Shown here piece by piece: positions 62,450 to 64,000 of a stretch of 64,000 nt of DNA. The position numbers and the translations under genes are program-made. The notes beneath the pieces were generated by a model, which ran no database searches, was not told the DNA's origin, and was given only the letters and a program-made list of their open reading frames with translations. The stretch comes from Chlorokybus atmophyticus (Eukaryota; Plantae; Mesostigma and Chlorokybus algae), in contig RHPI01001010.1 in the NCBI GenBank assembly GCA_009103225.1, forward strand, positions 124,001-188,000, read 5' to 3'. Numbering within the stretch: the first letter of the stretch is position 1; every line of letters begins with the position of its first letter.

Positions 62450-64000
62450 GCGCGCGTAAGCATGTACACGCATGAATACATGCACACATGCGCGCGCACA
62501 CAGACACACCTGTAGACGGTGACGGGTTTGGTCTGGCCTATGCGGTGCGCTCTATCCTCACACTGCTTGTCGACCTGCGGGTTGAAGTCGACGTCGTGGA
62601 TGATGACGGTGTCGGCGCCCGTGAGGTTGAGCCCCTGTCCCCCAGCGCGCGACGACAGCAGCATCGCAAACACGCCACCGTCACCACGATTGAACGCGTC
62701 CACCAACGCTTGCCTCTCAGACACCGGCGTGCTGCACAACAACCACTCTGTTGTTGCCACACGCAAACACGCATGCTCCCGCGGACACGCGCACGCACGC
62801 ACACCTTCCATCCAGGCGTAGGTAAGCCAGGTCCATCTTCTGCAGCGCGTCTTCCATGATATCAAGCAGCGACGTCCACTGGCTGAATATGAGCGGCCGC
62901 GAGCCACTCTTCTTAAGCTCATGCAATATCTCACGCATGCGCACGAGCTTCGCGGACGCATCCGTGACATCATCGTCATCATCGTTGTTGTCCACGCCGT
63001 CGATGCGCACGTCGTACGCGCGACAGAGGTTGCGCAGGGCGTAGTCGCTGTAACCCTCGATCTCCTTTTCAACCTGCGTGACACTGCACTCGAAGCCAAA
63101 CGCACCCTTTGCACGAACCCGCCTGCACAATACAACACATCATGTTGTGGTTGTGGTTGTAGTTGTGGTTGTGGTTGTGGTTGTGGTATGATGATGATGA
63201 TGATGATGGTGATGATACTGTTGTTGTTGTCTCACCTGGCGAGTTCGGGGATGGCGTCATCGGGATACTTCTCGCGCACGAGTAGCGGGTGGTTGGCTAT
63301 CTTGCGCAGGTGCGAGAACACGTTCATCACCTGCCTCTTCGGCAAGTTGTCACTACCATGCTTATCGTTTCGTGCGGATGCGGCTGCGGCTGCCTGCATA
63401 AGAGCTTTCTCGTACACGCGTCTCTGCGTGTCGGTCATGCGCACCACCTCCACGTGTTGGGTTTTAGGTGTGAGTTGTTTCGCCACGTCCGCCTTGACGC
63501 GTCTCAGCACGAACGGGGCTAAGATGCGCTTCATCGCCGCAACTAATGTGGACTCGCCGTCCGCGTCGGTGGTGGGGGCAAAGTCGTCCGCTGCGGTGGA
63601 GGATGTGCACACGACGTCGTCGAAGATGTCGGGAAGGAGGAAACGCAACATGTGCCACAGCTCACGCAGGTCGTTCTGGGAGAAGGTGACGAGCAGCAGG
63701 AGTCGGGAACCACACAATCAATAATAAGAGGTCACGCACACAGGCGCACACTCACACACACAAGCATGCACATGTAGATGCGCACAGACGTATGCACGCA
63801 CACGTGCACACGCTCGCGCACTTGCGCTCACGCTTAGGCGCACGCGCACGCGCACATACTAATACACACACCTGCAGTGGTGTCCCCGTGAGCATGACTC
63901 TCGACTCCGCGCACTTCCTCGCCACGCTATCCAACCTCCTCGCCCTCGCGCTGCTCGCATCCTTCACCAGATGCGCCTCATCCAGCACGACGTGCGAGTA
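61914..64000 (-). CDS. SNF2-family chromatin remodeller, SMARCAD1/Fun30/ETL1 (CHR19-like); 5' part outside the window
   Basis: [107 protein letters not shown]. Confidence 0.92.
62254..62456. repeat. Compound alternating purine-pyrimidine microsatellite (CA)n(CG)n(CACGCA)n(CA)n(CG)n in an intron
   Basis: Read directly from the sequence. Confidence 0.9.

Overview
Eukaryotic, intron-rich nuclear DNA from a green plant/alga. This is inferred from plant-type genes (LQY1, FLAP1, SYP5, ZFWD, PRMT5 with an MPLG N-terminus, F-box-LysM); an early-diverging streptophyte alga is plausible but not provable from the sequence. 1-8147 is a tyrosine-recombinase (DIRS/PAT-like) retrotransposon: gag-like ORF1, RT-RNaseH-methyltransferase pol, a YR on the opposite strand, and an expanded split-direct-repeat 3' end (B-A-C-B-A-C-B). 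Nested inside its pol ORF, on the minus strand, is a 931-bp tandem TRIM (LTR-int-LTR-int-LTR) with a 5-bp TSD, tRNA-iMet PBS and PPT. The TRIM carries a tRNA-type Pol III promoter split by the PBS (A box in the LTR, B box in the internal part) and a single T4 terminator; this is the most unusual object in the window. The rest holds about 14 spliced host genes, several in head-to-head pairs (some with telo-boxes), separated by AT-rich islands and microsatellites. Four duplicated segments abut single Ns and are probably assembly artefacts. Gene coordinates are hand-spliced spans and exon borders are approximate.
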